Below are positions 1 through 8,221 of a stretch of DNA of 54,163 nt, in pieces. Position 1 is the first letter of the stretch. Each line of letters starts with the position of its first letter. Below the pieces are notes generated by a model, which saw only the letters and a list, made by a program, of their open reading frames with translations, was not told the DNA's origin and ran no database searches. Origin of the DNA: an uncultured Erysipelotrichaceae bacterium. GTDB lineage: Bacteria > Bacillota_I > Bacilli_A > Erysipelotrichales > Erysipelotrichaceae. The stretch lies in assembly GCA_902803055.1 (NCBI GenBank), contig CADCOR010000321.1, positions 1 through 54,163 of the forward strand, given 5' to 3'. A program made the position numbers and the translations under genes.

Positions 1-87
1 ACCTACAAGGAAGACAAACCGACAGTCGTCGCCAAGATCCAGGAACTCAAGGATAAAGGCGTCTATCCGGACAATCTGTTTGAATAA
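1..87 (+). CDS. 3' end of an unidentified CDS (28 codons, then TAA)
   Basis: Frame 1 is open from the window edge (TYKEDKPTVVAKIQELKDKGVYPDNLFE*) and is followed by a hairpin terminator. It is too short to assign. Confidence 0.3.
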   Translation, partial: TYKEDKPTVVAKIQELKDKGVYPDNLFE

Positions 88-90
88 ACG

Positions 91-117
91 AAAAAAGCTG
101 CCAAAATGCAGCTTTTC
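91..117. terminator. bidirectional rho-independent terminator
   Basis: Hairpin aaagctgc-caaaat-gcagcttt, flanked by an A-run and a T-run, between convergent CDS ends at 87 and 141. Confidence 0.5.
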
Positions 118-140
118 ATATGCTTTGATTTGCAGTACTG

Positions 141-1058
141 TTACTCCCTATCCAGATAATTGCAGGCTTCGATCGCCGCATTGGCGCCATCAGCACAGGC
201 TGTCGAGACCTGACGCAGTTTCTTCTGTCTGCAGTCTCCGGCCACAAAGACATTCTCGAGCTGGGTCAGACCATACTCATCAGAATTGAAGTAGCCTCTT
301 TCATCTAAAGATGTCAGATTTTCAAAACGTCCATTATCCGGAATCAGGCCAACCGCCAAAAATACGCCATCACAATTTTCGACTTTTTCTTCACCTTTCT
401 CAAGATATCTGACTCCACTAAGTTTTCCTTCGTTCATGACATATTCCAGGATCTTTGTCTCAGTGTGAGCTTTGACGTTGTTTTTGGCAAAAAGCTGCTC
501 CTGCAGTTTCTGATCAGCGGTAAAACGATCAAGATCCTGCAGAATTACCAGTTCACTTACGATATCCGATAACAGATTGGCTTCTACAAAGGCAGAGTTG
601 CCTCCGCCGATCATGACGACTTTGCGGTCCTTATAGAAATTGCCATCACAGACTGCACAGAAATGGATAGATTTGCCGATCAGTTTCTCTTCGTTTTCAA
701 GACCAAGACTTCTGTGTTTGGTACCGGTCGCGAGGATCAGAGTTTTGCTCTGCAATGGTTCAGACATATCAAAAGTTATGGTGATCAGACCATCTTTTTC
801 CTCAGCTTTAAGCGCCTCATCAAACATGACTTCACCGCCCTGCTTCATGACCTGATTGAGCATCAGATCGCCAAATTCATCACCTGAGATCGTTTCAAAG
901 CCCGGGATATTTTCAACTTTCGGCGAATTGACGATCTGACCGCCAAAGACTGATTTTTCGATCACCGTGACTGACTTGCCATTGCGAAGCGCATAGATAG
1001 CGGCAGTCATTCCTGCCGGTCCGCCGCCGATAACTGCTACATCGTATATTTTTCCCAT
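141..1058 (-). CDS. trxB: thioredoxin-reductase-like flavoprotein disulfide reductase (atypical pyridine-nucleotide site)
   Basis: 305 aa. FAD motif VIGGGPAG, redox-active CAVCDG, second Rossmann GGGNSA and C-terminal FVAGD. SD aaaggag lies upstream. The HRRxxxR NADPH motif is replaced by LQDLDRF. Confidence 0.85.
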   Translation of the reverse strand: MGKIYDVAVIGGGPAGMTAAIYALRNGKSVTVIEKSVFGGQIVNSPKVENIPGFETISGDEFGDLMLNQVMKQGGEVMFDEALKAEEKDGLITITFDMSEPLQSKTLILATGTKHRSLGLENEEKLIGKSIHFCAVCDGNFYKDRKVVMIGGGNSAFVEANLLSDIVSELVILQDLDRFTADQKLQEQLFAKNNVKAHTETKILEYVMNEGKLSGVRYLEKGEEKVENCDGVFLAVGLIPDNGRFENLTSLDERGYFNSDEYGLTQLENVFVAGDCRQKKLRQVSTACADGANAAIEACNYLDRE

Positions 1059-1070
1059 TATTGACTCCTT

Positions 1071-1095
1071 TAATAAAGCCCGCTTGCCGCGGGCT
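1071..1095 (-). terminator. possible terminator/attenuator hairpin between nrdD and the trxB-like gene
   Basis: Minus strand reads agcccgc-ggcaa-gcgggct followed by tttatta, then immediately the SD of the trxB-like gene. Confidence 0.4.
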
Positions 1096-1105
1096 GTTGT
1101 TTTAC

Positions 1106-3484
1106 TTATTTGCTGCTGTGATATTTCATCCAGTCAACGGCAGCATTTGCACCCACAAACATCGTGCCATCCGGATCGACGATCGTTGGCGTTTCAGTCA
1201 GATTGAGCTTTCTGGCCTCATCCATGTTTTCGGAACAGTTGACGATTCTGTGTTCAACACCGCTGATCTGCAGTCTCTGTTCCGCACCCTTGCACTTCGG
1301 GCAATGATCCTGAACATAGATGGTCGGGATATCGAAACCTGTCTCGATCCTGTTCGCTTCTTCCTTCTTGGCTTCTGTAATATCGCTGATGATATCTCTG
1401 GCCTTCATGACAGAAGTTTCAACATTGTATTCCTTACGATGCTTGAATTCCTGAACCTTGCCGTCGTTCCAGTTCTGAACCGGACGGTAGTAGCCGGTGA
1501 TTCTTGACCATACTTCCGTCTTCTTGCCGCACTTTGGACAAGTGTAGGCTTCACCTGTGATATAACCGTGCTCAGGACAGATCGAATAAGTCGGAGACAT
1601 CGTGTAGTAAGGAAGTCTGTAGTTATCAGAGATCTTCTTGACCAGATTTGCTGCTGCACGCCAGTCAGGAAGCTTTTCACCTAAAAAGGCATGGAAAACT
1701 GTACCTGAGGTGTAGAGTGTCTGCAGCTGATCCTGTACATCGAGAGCTGAGAAGATATCTTCAGTATAACCAACCGGCAGATGTGAAGAGTTGGTGTAAT
1801 AAGGTGTTTCACCTTCTTTGCCGGCAGTGATGATATCAGGATATTTTTCCTTATCATGCTTGGCAAGTCTGTAGGCGGTTGATTCAGCCGGAGTTGCTTC
1901 CAGGTTGTAAAGATCATGGTACATCTCCTGGTAGGAAACAAGGCGCTTTCTCATATAATTGAGAACTTCAACAGCAAATTCCTGGGCAGCCGGATCAGTC
2001 AGATTCTTTCTGAGCCAGTTGGCATTGAGACATGCTTCATTCATGCCGACTAAGCCAATGGTCGAGAAGTGATTATTGAAAGTGCCCAGATAGCGCTTGG
2101 TATATGGATATAAGCCATTGTCAAGCAATTTGGTGATGACTTCACGCTTGACATGCAATGATCTGGCTGCGATATCCATCAGGTTGTCCAGACGCTTGTA
2201 GAAGTCTTCCTTGTCTTTAGCGAGGTAGGCAAGTCTTGGCAGGTTGATCGTAACGACACCAACTGATCCTGTTGATTCGCCTGAACCGAAGAAACCACCG
2301 GATTTCTTGCGCAGTTCACGCAAGTCAAGACGCAGACGGCAACACATCGACCTGATGTCAGAAGGCTTCATATCTGAATTGACATAGTTGGAGAAGTAAG
2401 GTGTACCATACTTGGCTGTCATTTCAAATAAGAGCTTGTTGTTTTCCGTCTCTGACCAGTCAAATTCTTTTGTGATGGAATAAGTCGGAATCGGATACTG
2501 GAAGCCTCGGCCGTTGGCATCGCCTTCGATCATGACTTCGATGAAAGCCTTGTTGACCATATCCATTTCCTTCTTGCAGTCCTTGTATTTGAAATCAAGG
2601 GTTCTGCCGCCGACGATGCAGTACTGATCAGCGAGATCTTCCGGAACTGTCCAGTCTAAAGTGACATTGGTGAACGGAGCCTGTGTTCCCCAGCGTGAAG
2701 GTGTATTGACACCATAAATAAAGGACTGGATGTTCTGTTTTACCTCTTTATAAGAGAGATTGTCGATTTTAACAAACGGAGCCAGATAAGTATCGAAGGA
2801 AGAGAAAGCCTGAGCGCCAGCCCATTCATTCTGCATGATACCTAAGAAGTTGACCATCTGGTTGCACAGCGTAGACAGGTGATTAGCCGGTGTAGAAGTG
2901 ATCTTGCCATTGACACCGCCTAAACCTTCCTGAATCAGCTGTTTGAGTGACCAGCCTGCGCAATATCCTGTCAGCATGGACAGATCATGGATATGCATAT
3001 CGCCATCTTTATGAGCAGAACCGATCTCTTCATCATAGACTTCAGAGAGCCAGTAATTGGCAGTAACGGCACCGGAATTGGAAAGGATCAGACCACCTAC
3101 AGAATAAGTGACCGTCGAGTTTTCCTTGACACGCCAGTCGATCGCGTTGACATATGAATCAACGAGTTTCTTGTAGTCCAGCATGGTCGTCGAGAGATTT
3201 CTCGCCTTTTCACGCTGTTTTCTATAAAGGATATAGGCCTTGGCAACATCCGGATAGCCGGCTTCTGACAGAACCTTTTCCACAGAGTCCTGAATATCTT
3301 CAACAGTTACCTTTTCATCTTTCACTTTGGAAGAGAAATCTGAAGTAACTCTTAAGGCGATCAGATTGATCACATCCGGGTGATAATCTTTCTTGCAGGC
3401 ATCAAAGGCCTTGGTGATCGCATCAGAGATCTTGCTCAGATCAAAATCAACAACTTTTCCATCTCGTTTTACTACACGGTACAT
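1106..3484 (-). CDS. nrdD: anaerobic ribonucleoside-triphosphate reductase (class III RNR) with a C-terminal glutaredoxin/NrdH-like domain
   Basis: 792 aa. N-terminal ATP-cone (MYRVVKRDGKVVDFD), thiyl loop SMCCRLRL, Zn-ribbon CPEHG..CPKCG and glycyl-radical motif SRITGYY. About 100 extra C-terminal residues contain IYVQDHCPKC. Confidence 0.95.
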   Translation of the reverse strand: MYRVVKRDGKVVDFDLSKISDAITKAFDACKKDYHPDVINLIALRVTSDFSSKVKDEKVTVEDIQDSVEKVLSEAGYPDVAKAYILYRKQREKARNLSTTMLDYKKLVDSYVNAIDWRVKENSTVTYSVGGLILSNSGAVTANYWLSEVYDEEIGSAHKDGDMHIHDLSMLTGYCAGWSLKQLIQEGLGGVNGKITSTPANHLSTLCNQMVNFLGIMQNEWAGAQAFSSFDTYLAPFVKIDNLSYKEVKQNIQSFIYGVNTPSRWGTQAPFTNVTLDWTVPEDLADQYCIVGGRTLDFKYKDCKKEMDMVNKAFIEVMIEGDANGRGFQYPIPTYSITKEFDWSETENNKLLFEMTAKYGTPYFSNYVNSDMKPSDIRSMCCRLRLDLRELRKKSGGFFGSGESTGSVGVVTINLPRLAYLAKDKEDFYKRLDNLMDIAARSLHVKREVITKLLDNGLYPYTKRYLGTFNNHFSTIGLVGMNEACLNANWLRKNLTDPAAQEFAVEVLNYMRKRLVSYQEMYHDLYNLEATPAESTAYRLAKHDKEKYPDIITAGKEGETPYYTNSSHLPVGYTEDIFSALDVQDQLQTLYTSGTVFHAFLGEKLPDWRAAANLVKKISDNYRLPYYTMSPTYSICPEHGYITGEAYTCPKCGKKTEVWSRITGYYRPVQNWNDGKVQEFKHRKEYNVETSVMKARDIISDITEAKKEEANRIETGFDIPTIYVQDHCPKCKGAEQRLQISGVEHRIVNCSENMDEARKLNLTETPTIVDPDGTMFVGANAAVDWMKYHSSK

Positions 3485-3485
3485 T

Positions 3486-4634
3486 TTAATTCTCCTTTAT
3501 CCCTCTTATTTCAACATGTTTAACGTATCCCGAAACCGCCTCTTTCATCTTTTCCAGTGTCTCAAGGTCTACCTCACTAAGACCCTGCTGGATACAGGTT
3601 CCATGATCTTCGAAATTCTGCAGATAATAGTGTTTGGCCCCTTCTATCCATCTGCCGATCTTTTCGAAATCCGAAACCGTATGAAATTCTCTGACTACTG
3701 TAGTGCGGAATTCGTAGTCTACGTGATCTTCCAGTAAATAATTTTTGCTTCTTTCGATCTGTTTGAGATCGAAAGTCTCAAGGCCGATCGTCTCGGCATA
3801 TTTCTTCGGCTGATTTTTGATATCCATAGCCACATAATCGATCAAGCCCTCTTCCACAAGCGCTTTGAGAGTTTCATAATTTGTGCCATTGGTATCAAGT
3901 TTGACCTTCAGGCCAAGATCTTTCACCTGTCTGATGAAGTTTCTGATGCCTTTATGAAGCAGAGGCTCACCCCCGCTGATGCATACGCCATCAAGTATTT
4001 TCTTGCGGCCTTCAAGATAGCTCAAAATGTCATCTGAGGCGATCTCACTGTCATTCTCATTGAGAAAGACCAGTGAACGGTTATGACAGAATGGGCAGCG
4101 GAAATTGCAGCCGCCGGTAAAGACTGTAGCAGCCAGATTACCAGGATAATCCAGTAAAGTCAGTTTCTGCAGGCCATAGAATCTGATCTGTTCATCTTCA
4201 AATTCCTGGGCATATTCCTTGGCTTTTTCAATCAGACGCGCCTGAACTTCGTTATACTGGGCAAGCTCTTCAGCCGAGATGTCCGAACACAGATATGAGT
4301 TCCATTCCTGACGCATCCTATACAGTTCCGGCATGATCTTCTGGGTCTTGTCGGTGGTAAATAACAGTTTTAAACGTTTGTCCGTTTCACTATTTTCAAC
4401 GCGCAAATAAGACAACTGTTCCAGTCGCTGAACAGACTTGGTAATCGTCCCTTTATCAAACACACCTAATACTGCCAGCTCGTTCATCGAGATACCTTCG
4501 CACTCATAGATCTGGGTCAGCAGAATAAGCTGAGTATAGCCAATATCGTATTTCGACAGTAGTTTATCGAAGTGTTTCTGATTGCAGCGATATAAAATAG
4601 AGGAGTCCAAACTCAGATAATTTTTCTCGCTCAT
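3486..4634 (-). CDS. nrdG: MarR-type wHTH domain fused to class III RNR activating enzyme (radical SAM)
   Basis: 382 aa. Residues ~1-150 are MarR-like (GISMNELAVLGVFDKGTITKSVQRLEQLSYLRVENSETDKRLKLL). Residues ~155-382 are an activase with GGCNFRCPFCHN. The stop is 1 nt from the nrdD start. SD aaggtg. Confidence 0.85.
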   Translation of the reverse strand: MSEKNYLSLDSSILYRCNQKHFDKLLSKYDIGYTQLILLTQIYECEGISMNELAVLGVFDKGTITKSVQRLEQLSYLRVENSETDKRLKLLFTTDKTQKIMPELYRMRQEWNSYLCSDISAEELAQYNEVQARLIEKAKEYAQEFEDEQIRFYGLQKLTLLDYPGNLAATVFTGGCNFRCPFCHNRSLVFLNENDSEIASDDILSYLEGRKKILDGVCISGGEPLLHKGIRNFIRQVKDLGLKVKLDTNGTNYETLKALVEEGLIDYVAMDIKNQPKKYAETIGLETFDLKQIERSKNYLLEDHVDYEFRTTVVREFHTVSDFEKIGRWIEGAKHYYLQNFEDHGTCIQQGLSEVDLETLEKMKEAVSGYVKHVEIRGIKEN

Positions 4635-4652
4635 ATCGCACCTTGTAAAATC

Positions 4653-4680
4653 ATTATAATTCTTTTAGTTGAAAGTTCAA
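4653..4680 (-). promoter_or_regulatory. sigma-A-type promoter of the nrdG-nrdD operon
   Basis: Minus strand reads TTGAAC-16 nt-TATAAT about 20 nt upstream of the ATG at 4634. Confidence 0.5.
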
Positions 4681-4683
4681 CTA
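4666..4683. promoter_or_regulatory. perfect 8+2+8 palindrome (candidate operator 1)
   Basis: TAGTTGAA-AG-TTCAACTA overlaps the -35 element of the nrd promoter. Confidence 0.45.
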
Positions 4684-4700
4684 AAAAGCATCAAAAAATA

Positions 4701-4714
4701 ATTGAAATTTCAAC
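4701..4714. promoter_or_regulatory. related palindrome (candidate operator 2)
   Basis: aTTGAA-AT-TTCAAc has the same TTGAA-N2-TTCAA core. Its centre is 33 bp from the centre of operator 1. Confidence 0.35.
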
Positions 4715-4816
4715 AAAATCATTTCCCGGAAATAAAATGAAATTTTATGAAAATTTTCAGTCAAATTCTAAGGCCATTTACAGGCTATTATCCGCATCAA
4801 ATTCCTCATCGATCAA

Positions 4817-4845
4817 TTGATCATATATGTCTATAAAACTGTAAT
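4817..4845 (+). promoter_or_regulatory. possible promoter for the 4921 gene
   Basis: TTGATC-17 nt-TGTAAT. The palindrome GATCAATTGATC (4811-4822) overlaps the -35 element. Confidence 0.3.
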
Positions 4846-4920
4846 AATGTCCTTAAAAATACCTTTAAAGTGATGATGAGAGCTATGGATAAATCTTTAT
4901 ATAATATATAGAATATAGAT

Positions 4921-6309
4921 ATGACAACGAATATGAGAAGTGAAGCTCAGGAACAGTACCGTTATGCCCGCAAGAAAGCGCGAAAGGTCTTCACGAAAAG
5001 AAGAATAAAACAGCTTAAAGCCTATGTTCCCTCACTTGATGAGTATGTCAATGAGCAGAAATGTTCAATCGTTGAATTAGGCAACATCGATGTCCCGACT
5101 GATCTGATCGTCGGCACGCGTACAGCTTCCAGGCAGCTTAGCTTTGCCTACAATTTCATGCCCTTGCTGGATGAAAGAAGTGAATTTGCCTATAAATGGA
5201 TCAAAGTCTGTGAACATCACCTCTCCGAAACAGGAATCACTGACCCGCCGGAAGCTTTTGAATATCTGGGCAAGTTCTACATCGGCGAAGGAAATAAAAG
5301 AGTCAGCGTCCTTAAATCCTATGGCGCCGCTTTTATCACCCTCAATGTCAAAAGACTCATACCGGAAAAAAGTGAACGTCGGGAGATACAGCTTTATTAT
5401 GAATTTCTCGATTTTTATAAACTGTCAAAACTCTATTCGATCCAGTTTTCTCAGCCCGGTTACTATAAGCGTCTGATTAAGTATCTGGGCTACCAGGAGG
5501 ACCATGTATGGACAAGACATGAAAGGATCGTCTTAGTCGGTTTCTATGAAAGGCTTTCTGCTGAACTGAGCCGCAAGAAGATACAGGCCAATCATGCCGA
5601 CTGTCTGGTCGCTCTGTTAGAAATGTACACCTATGATTTTCTGACTTCCATGACTGACAGACAGCTTGATAAAGTCATCTCGGAACATAAAGTCAGACTT
5701 GCCTATGGCAAAGGTTTCTATACGATCGAATGCATAGCAGACATGGAAAATTCCGTCCTTTATTCATCTTCCGTAGCTCAAGCCTTGAAAGATGTCGACT
5801 TTCTGATCTCGGCTGGCGATCTGAGTGCCGATTATCTGGAATATATTGTTACACTTACCAATAAGCCTTTGTTCTACATCCACGGCAATCACGATGATCA
5901 CTATGATGTCAAGCCGCCCGGCGGCTGCATCTGTATCGATGATGACCTTATCGTCTACCAGGGGATCAGAATTCTTGGTCTGGGCGGCAGTTTCCGCTAC
6001 AGCAACGCCAAATACCAGTATACGGAACTGGAGATGAAAAGAAGGATCCGAAAACTTTTCTTTAAGATCAAAAAAACCGGCGGTGTCGACATCGTCGTGA
6101 CCCATGCCCCGATCAAAGGCTATGGCGATCTGCCCGACTATGCTCACCAGGGCTTTGAATGTTTCCTGAAATTATTGGAAGACCTCAAACCGCGCTTCTG
6201 GTTCTATGGTCATGTGCATATCAATTACGCCAGCAATCTGCCGCGTTTGCATGCGTATAAGAATACGATGATCGTCAACGTAACCGACCGTTATCGCGCC
6301 AAATACTGA
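4921..6309 (+). CDS. calcineurin-like metallophosphoesterase with a long N-terminal ParB/Srx-like(?) domain
   Basis: 462 aa. The C-terminal half has GDLSAD, GNHDD, THAP and GHVH phosphoesterase motifs. The N-terminal ~280 aa contain IVGTRTASRQLSF..FMPL and YIGEGNKRVSVLK. No clear SD. Confidence 0.7.
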   Translation: MTTNMRSEAQEQYRYARKKARKVFTKRRIKQLKAYVPSLDEYVNEQKCSIVELGNIDVPTDLIVGTRTASRQLSFAYNFMPLLDERSEFAYKWIKVCEHHLSETGITDPPEAFEYLGKFYIGEGNKRVSVLKSYGAAFITLNVKRLIPEKSERREIQLYYEFLDFYKLSKLYSIQFSQPGYYKRLIKYLGYQEDHVWTRHERIVLVGFYERLSAELSRKKIQANHADCLVALLEMYTYDFLTSMTDRQLDKVISEHKVRLAYGKGFYTIECIADMENSVLYSSSVAQALKDVDFLISAGDLSADYLEYIVTLTNKPLFYIHGNHDDHYDVKPPGGCICIDDDLIVYQGIRILGLGGSFRYSNAKYQYTELEMKRRIRKLFFKIKKTGGVDIVVTHAPIKGYGDLPDYAHQGFECFLKLLEDLKPRFWFYGHVHINYASNLPRLHAYKNTMIVNVTDRYRAKY

Positions 6310-6331
6310 TAACAATCATTATTCTTCCTTC

Positions 6332-6359
6332 AAAAAAAGGTATAGCTTTCACTATACCC
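6332..6359 (-). terminator. rho-independent terminator of pfkA
   Basis: Minus strand reads gggtatag-tgaaag-ctatacc followed by tttttttg. Confidence 0.6.
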
Positions 6360-6404
6360 GAAAATATCATCATTTGTTAAACCACATATGAGACGCGCAA
6401 GCAG

Positions 6405-7364
6405 CTAGACCAGACGGTCAAAGAGTCTGTAGAAAGCCTTGCGTGAACTGCGCGGCATGGAGACGCATTCCTCGATCGGCATGGAGACGATCTCGTTGTT
6501 TTTGATGCCGACACAATGTCCGCCGATGCCCTGCACCAGCAGTTCCACCGCCTTGGCACCCATCCTTGAAGCCAGTACACGATCTGACGGAGTCGGAGAG
6601 CCGCCTCTTTGAATATGGCCAAGGATCGTTGCCCGACCCGCAAAACCGGTCGTACGCGAGATCTTATCCGCCAGTGATTTGACATCACAGGTATTCTCGG
6701 AAACGATGACGATCGCGTGGTTCTTGCCCTGGTTCTCCAGATAGCGCAGCTTCTCCAGTACAGCTTCCTCATCATAGCCGGTTTCCGGTGTGATAAGAAT
6801 TTCTGCACCGCAGGAAATGCCGGAATAGATAGCCAGATCACCGCAGCGATTGCCCATGACTTCGACTACTGAACAGCGGTGATGGGAATTGGAAGTGTCT
6901 CTGAGCTTATCCACACATTCCACACCTGTATTGAGAGCTGTATCAAAACCGATCGTATAGTCCGTACCCTCGATATCATTATCGATCGTACCAGGCAAAG
7001 CGATGCAGTTTACTCCATGTTTGGTGAGCGAATCAGCACCTCTGTAGGTGCCATCACCGCCGATGACGACGACCGCATCGATGTGATGTTCCTTCAGTTT
7101 TTCCACTCCTTTGAGCTGAACTTCCTCATCCTTGAATTCCGGAAGTCTGGCACTGCCCAAAATCGTACCGCCTCTGGCGATCGTTTCGGAAACAGAATTG
7201 CGGCTGAAAGGTTCATAAAGACCTTCAACGAGTCCCTTATAGCCATCGCGGATACCAACAACTTCGATACCGTTAGCCAGCGCTGCTCTTGTGACGGCTC
7301 TGATCGCCGCATTCATGCCTGGTGAATCACCGCCAGAAGTCAAAATACCGATCTTTCTCAACAT
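6405..7364 (-). CDS. pfkA: ATP-dependent 6-phosphofructokinase
   Basis: 319 aa. MLRKIGILTSGGDSPGMNAAIRAV, IGGDGTY, PGTIDND and ILGHIQRGG motifs. Confidence 0.95.
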   Translation of the reverse strand: MLRKIGILTSGGDSPGMNAAIRAVTRAALANGIEVVGIRDGYKGLVEGLYEPFSRNSVSETIARGGTILGSARLPEFKDEEVQLKGVEKLKEHHIDAVVVIGGDGTYRGADSLTKHGVNCIALPGTIDNDIEGTDYTIGFDTALNTGVECVDKLRDTSNSHHRCSVVEVMGNRCGDLAIYSGISCGAEILITPETGYDEEAVLEKLRYLENQGKNHAIVIVSENTCDVKSLADKISRTTGFAGRATILGHIQRGGSPTPSDRVLASRMGAKAVELLVQGIGGHCVGIKNNEIVSMPIEECVSMPRSSRKAFYRLFDRLV

Positions 7365-7366
7365 AG

Positions 7367-8221
7367 TTATTTTCTCCTTAAATCAGTTCCGGATAACACA
7401 TAATTATCCGTAAGTATATCTATCCTCTCCATCAGCCGTTTCGCATTCATCAGATTGGATTTTTCTCTGCGGTCATACTGATAGTGTTTCAGCAGTTCTT
7501 CCTTATTCAGATTGGAAGTAAAGATCGTGATCAGTTTATTTTCCAGACGATAATCAAGGATGCGGAACAGGATATCGTCTCTGACAAACTCTGAAACTGC
7601 TTCCGAGCCTATATCATCAAAGAAAAGATACGATACTTTCTTCAGTCTGTTGATATTGGCATCGATCATCTGCGGATTGAAACTGAAAAACGATTTCATT
7701 TCATTAAAGAAATTGCTGACTTTAACGAAAGCCACCTTCTCCTTATTAGCCACCAGTGAATTGGCTAAAGCACAGCACAGATAGGTCTTGCCGACTCCAA
7801 GATCACCCGAAATATATAAACCCTTGTCACTCTTCTTATGTAAGATCGCTGCCAGCAGAAGATAGAGCTGTTTCTGATCCGGAGTATAGTTTACATCTTC
7901 CAGCCTTAAATCAAGCAGCTCCTGTGCAATATCGCAATAGACATATCTCTCCCTGATCCTTTTTCTTAAAACGATCTTTCTGGCATATGGACAATACTCG
8001 ATCTCTTCGCTGAGCGAATCGGTATAGCTGAAAGTTCTTCTTTGTCCCCTGCTTGGCAAGGTACATTCTTCAAGGCCGCTGCAGCTGCTGCATTTTTCTC
8101 TGTCTTCAGCGACGATACTTAATGCCAGCTGATTTTCCACATAAAAATTTTCGGGAAGCTTTTTCCCTTGCAGGCGTTCATTTATATATTCATCATTTTT
8201 AAGTTCAGCGATGCTTTTCAT
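7367..8221 (-). CDS. dnaI: primosomal helicase loader DnaI
   Basis: 284 aa. N-terminal Cys cluster CSSCSGLEEC, AAA+ Walker A GDLGVGKTYL and Walker B FFDDIG. It lies downstream of the DnaB-type gene. Confidence 0.85.
   Translation of the reverse strand: MKSIAELKNDEYINERLQGKKLPENFYVENQLALSIVAEDREKCSSCSGLEECTLPSRGQRRTFSYTDSLSEEIEYCPYARKIVLRKRIRERYVYCDIAQELLDLRLEDVNYTPDQKQLYLLLAAILHKKSDKGLYISGDLGVGKTYLCCALANSLVANKEKVAFVKVSNFFNEMKSFFSFNPQMIDANINRLKKVSYLFFDDIGSEAVSEFVRDDILFRILDYRLENKLITIFTSNLNKEELLKHYQYDRREKSNLMNAKRLMERIDILTDNYVLSGTDLRRK

Noticed and set aside
1061-1507. Long antisense ORFs inside well-supported genes. Examples are 1061-1507(+), 6377-6841(-), 6879-7325(+), 17654-18022(+), 19014-19436(+), 36283-36663(+), 39726-40196(+), 41349-41864(+), 44538-45008(+) and 50737-51279(+).
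   Set aside because: Each lies entirely within, and opposite or out of frame to, a CDS with strong family motifs. The translations are low-complexity or Ser/Leu/Ile-rich with no recognisable motifs. These are typical shadow ORFs.
4748-4759. AT-rich perfect palindrome TGAAAATTTTCA in the nrd/4921 intergenic region.
   Set aside because: It is composed almost entirely of A/T in an AT-rich spacer. It is unrelated to the TTGAA-N2-TTCAA pair and easily arises by chance.
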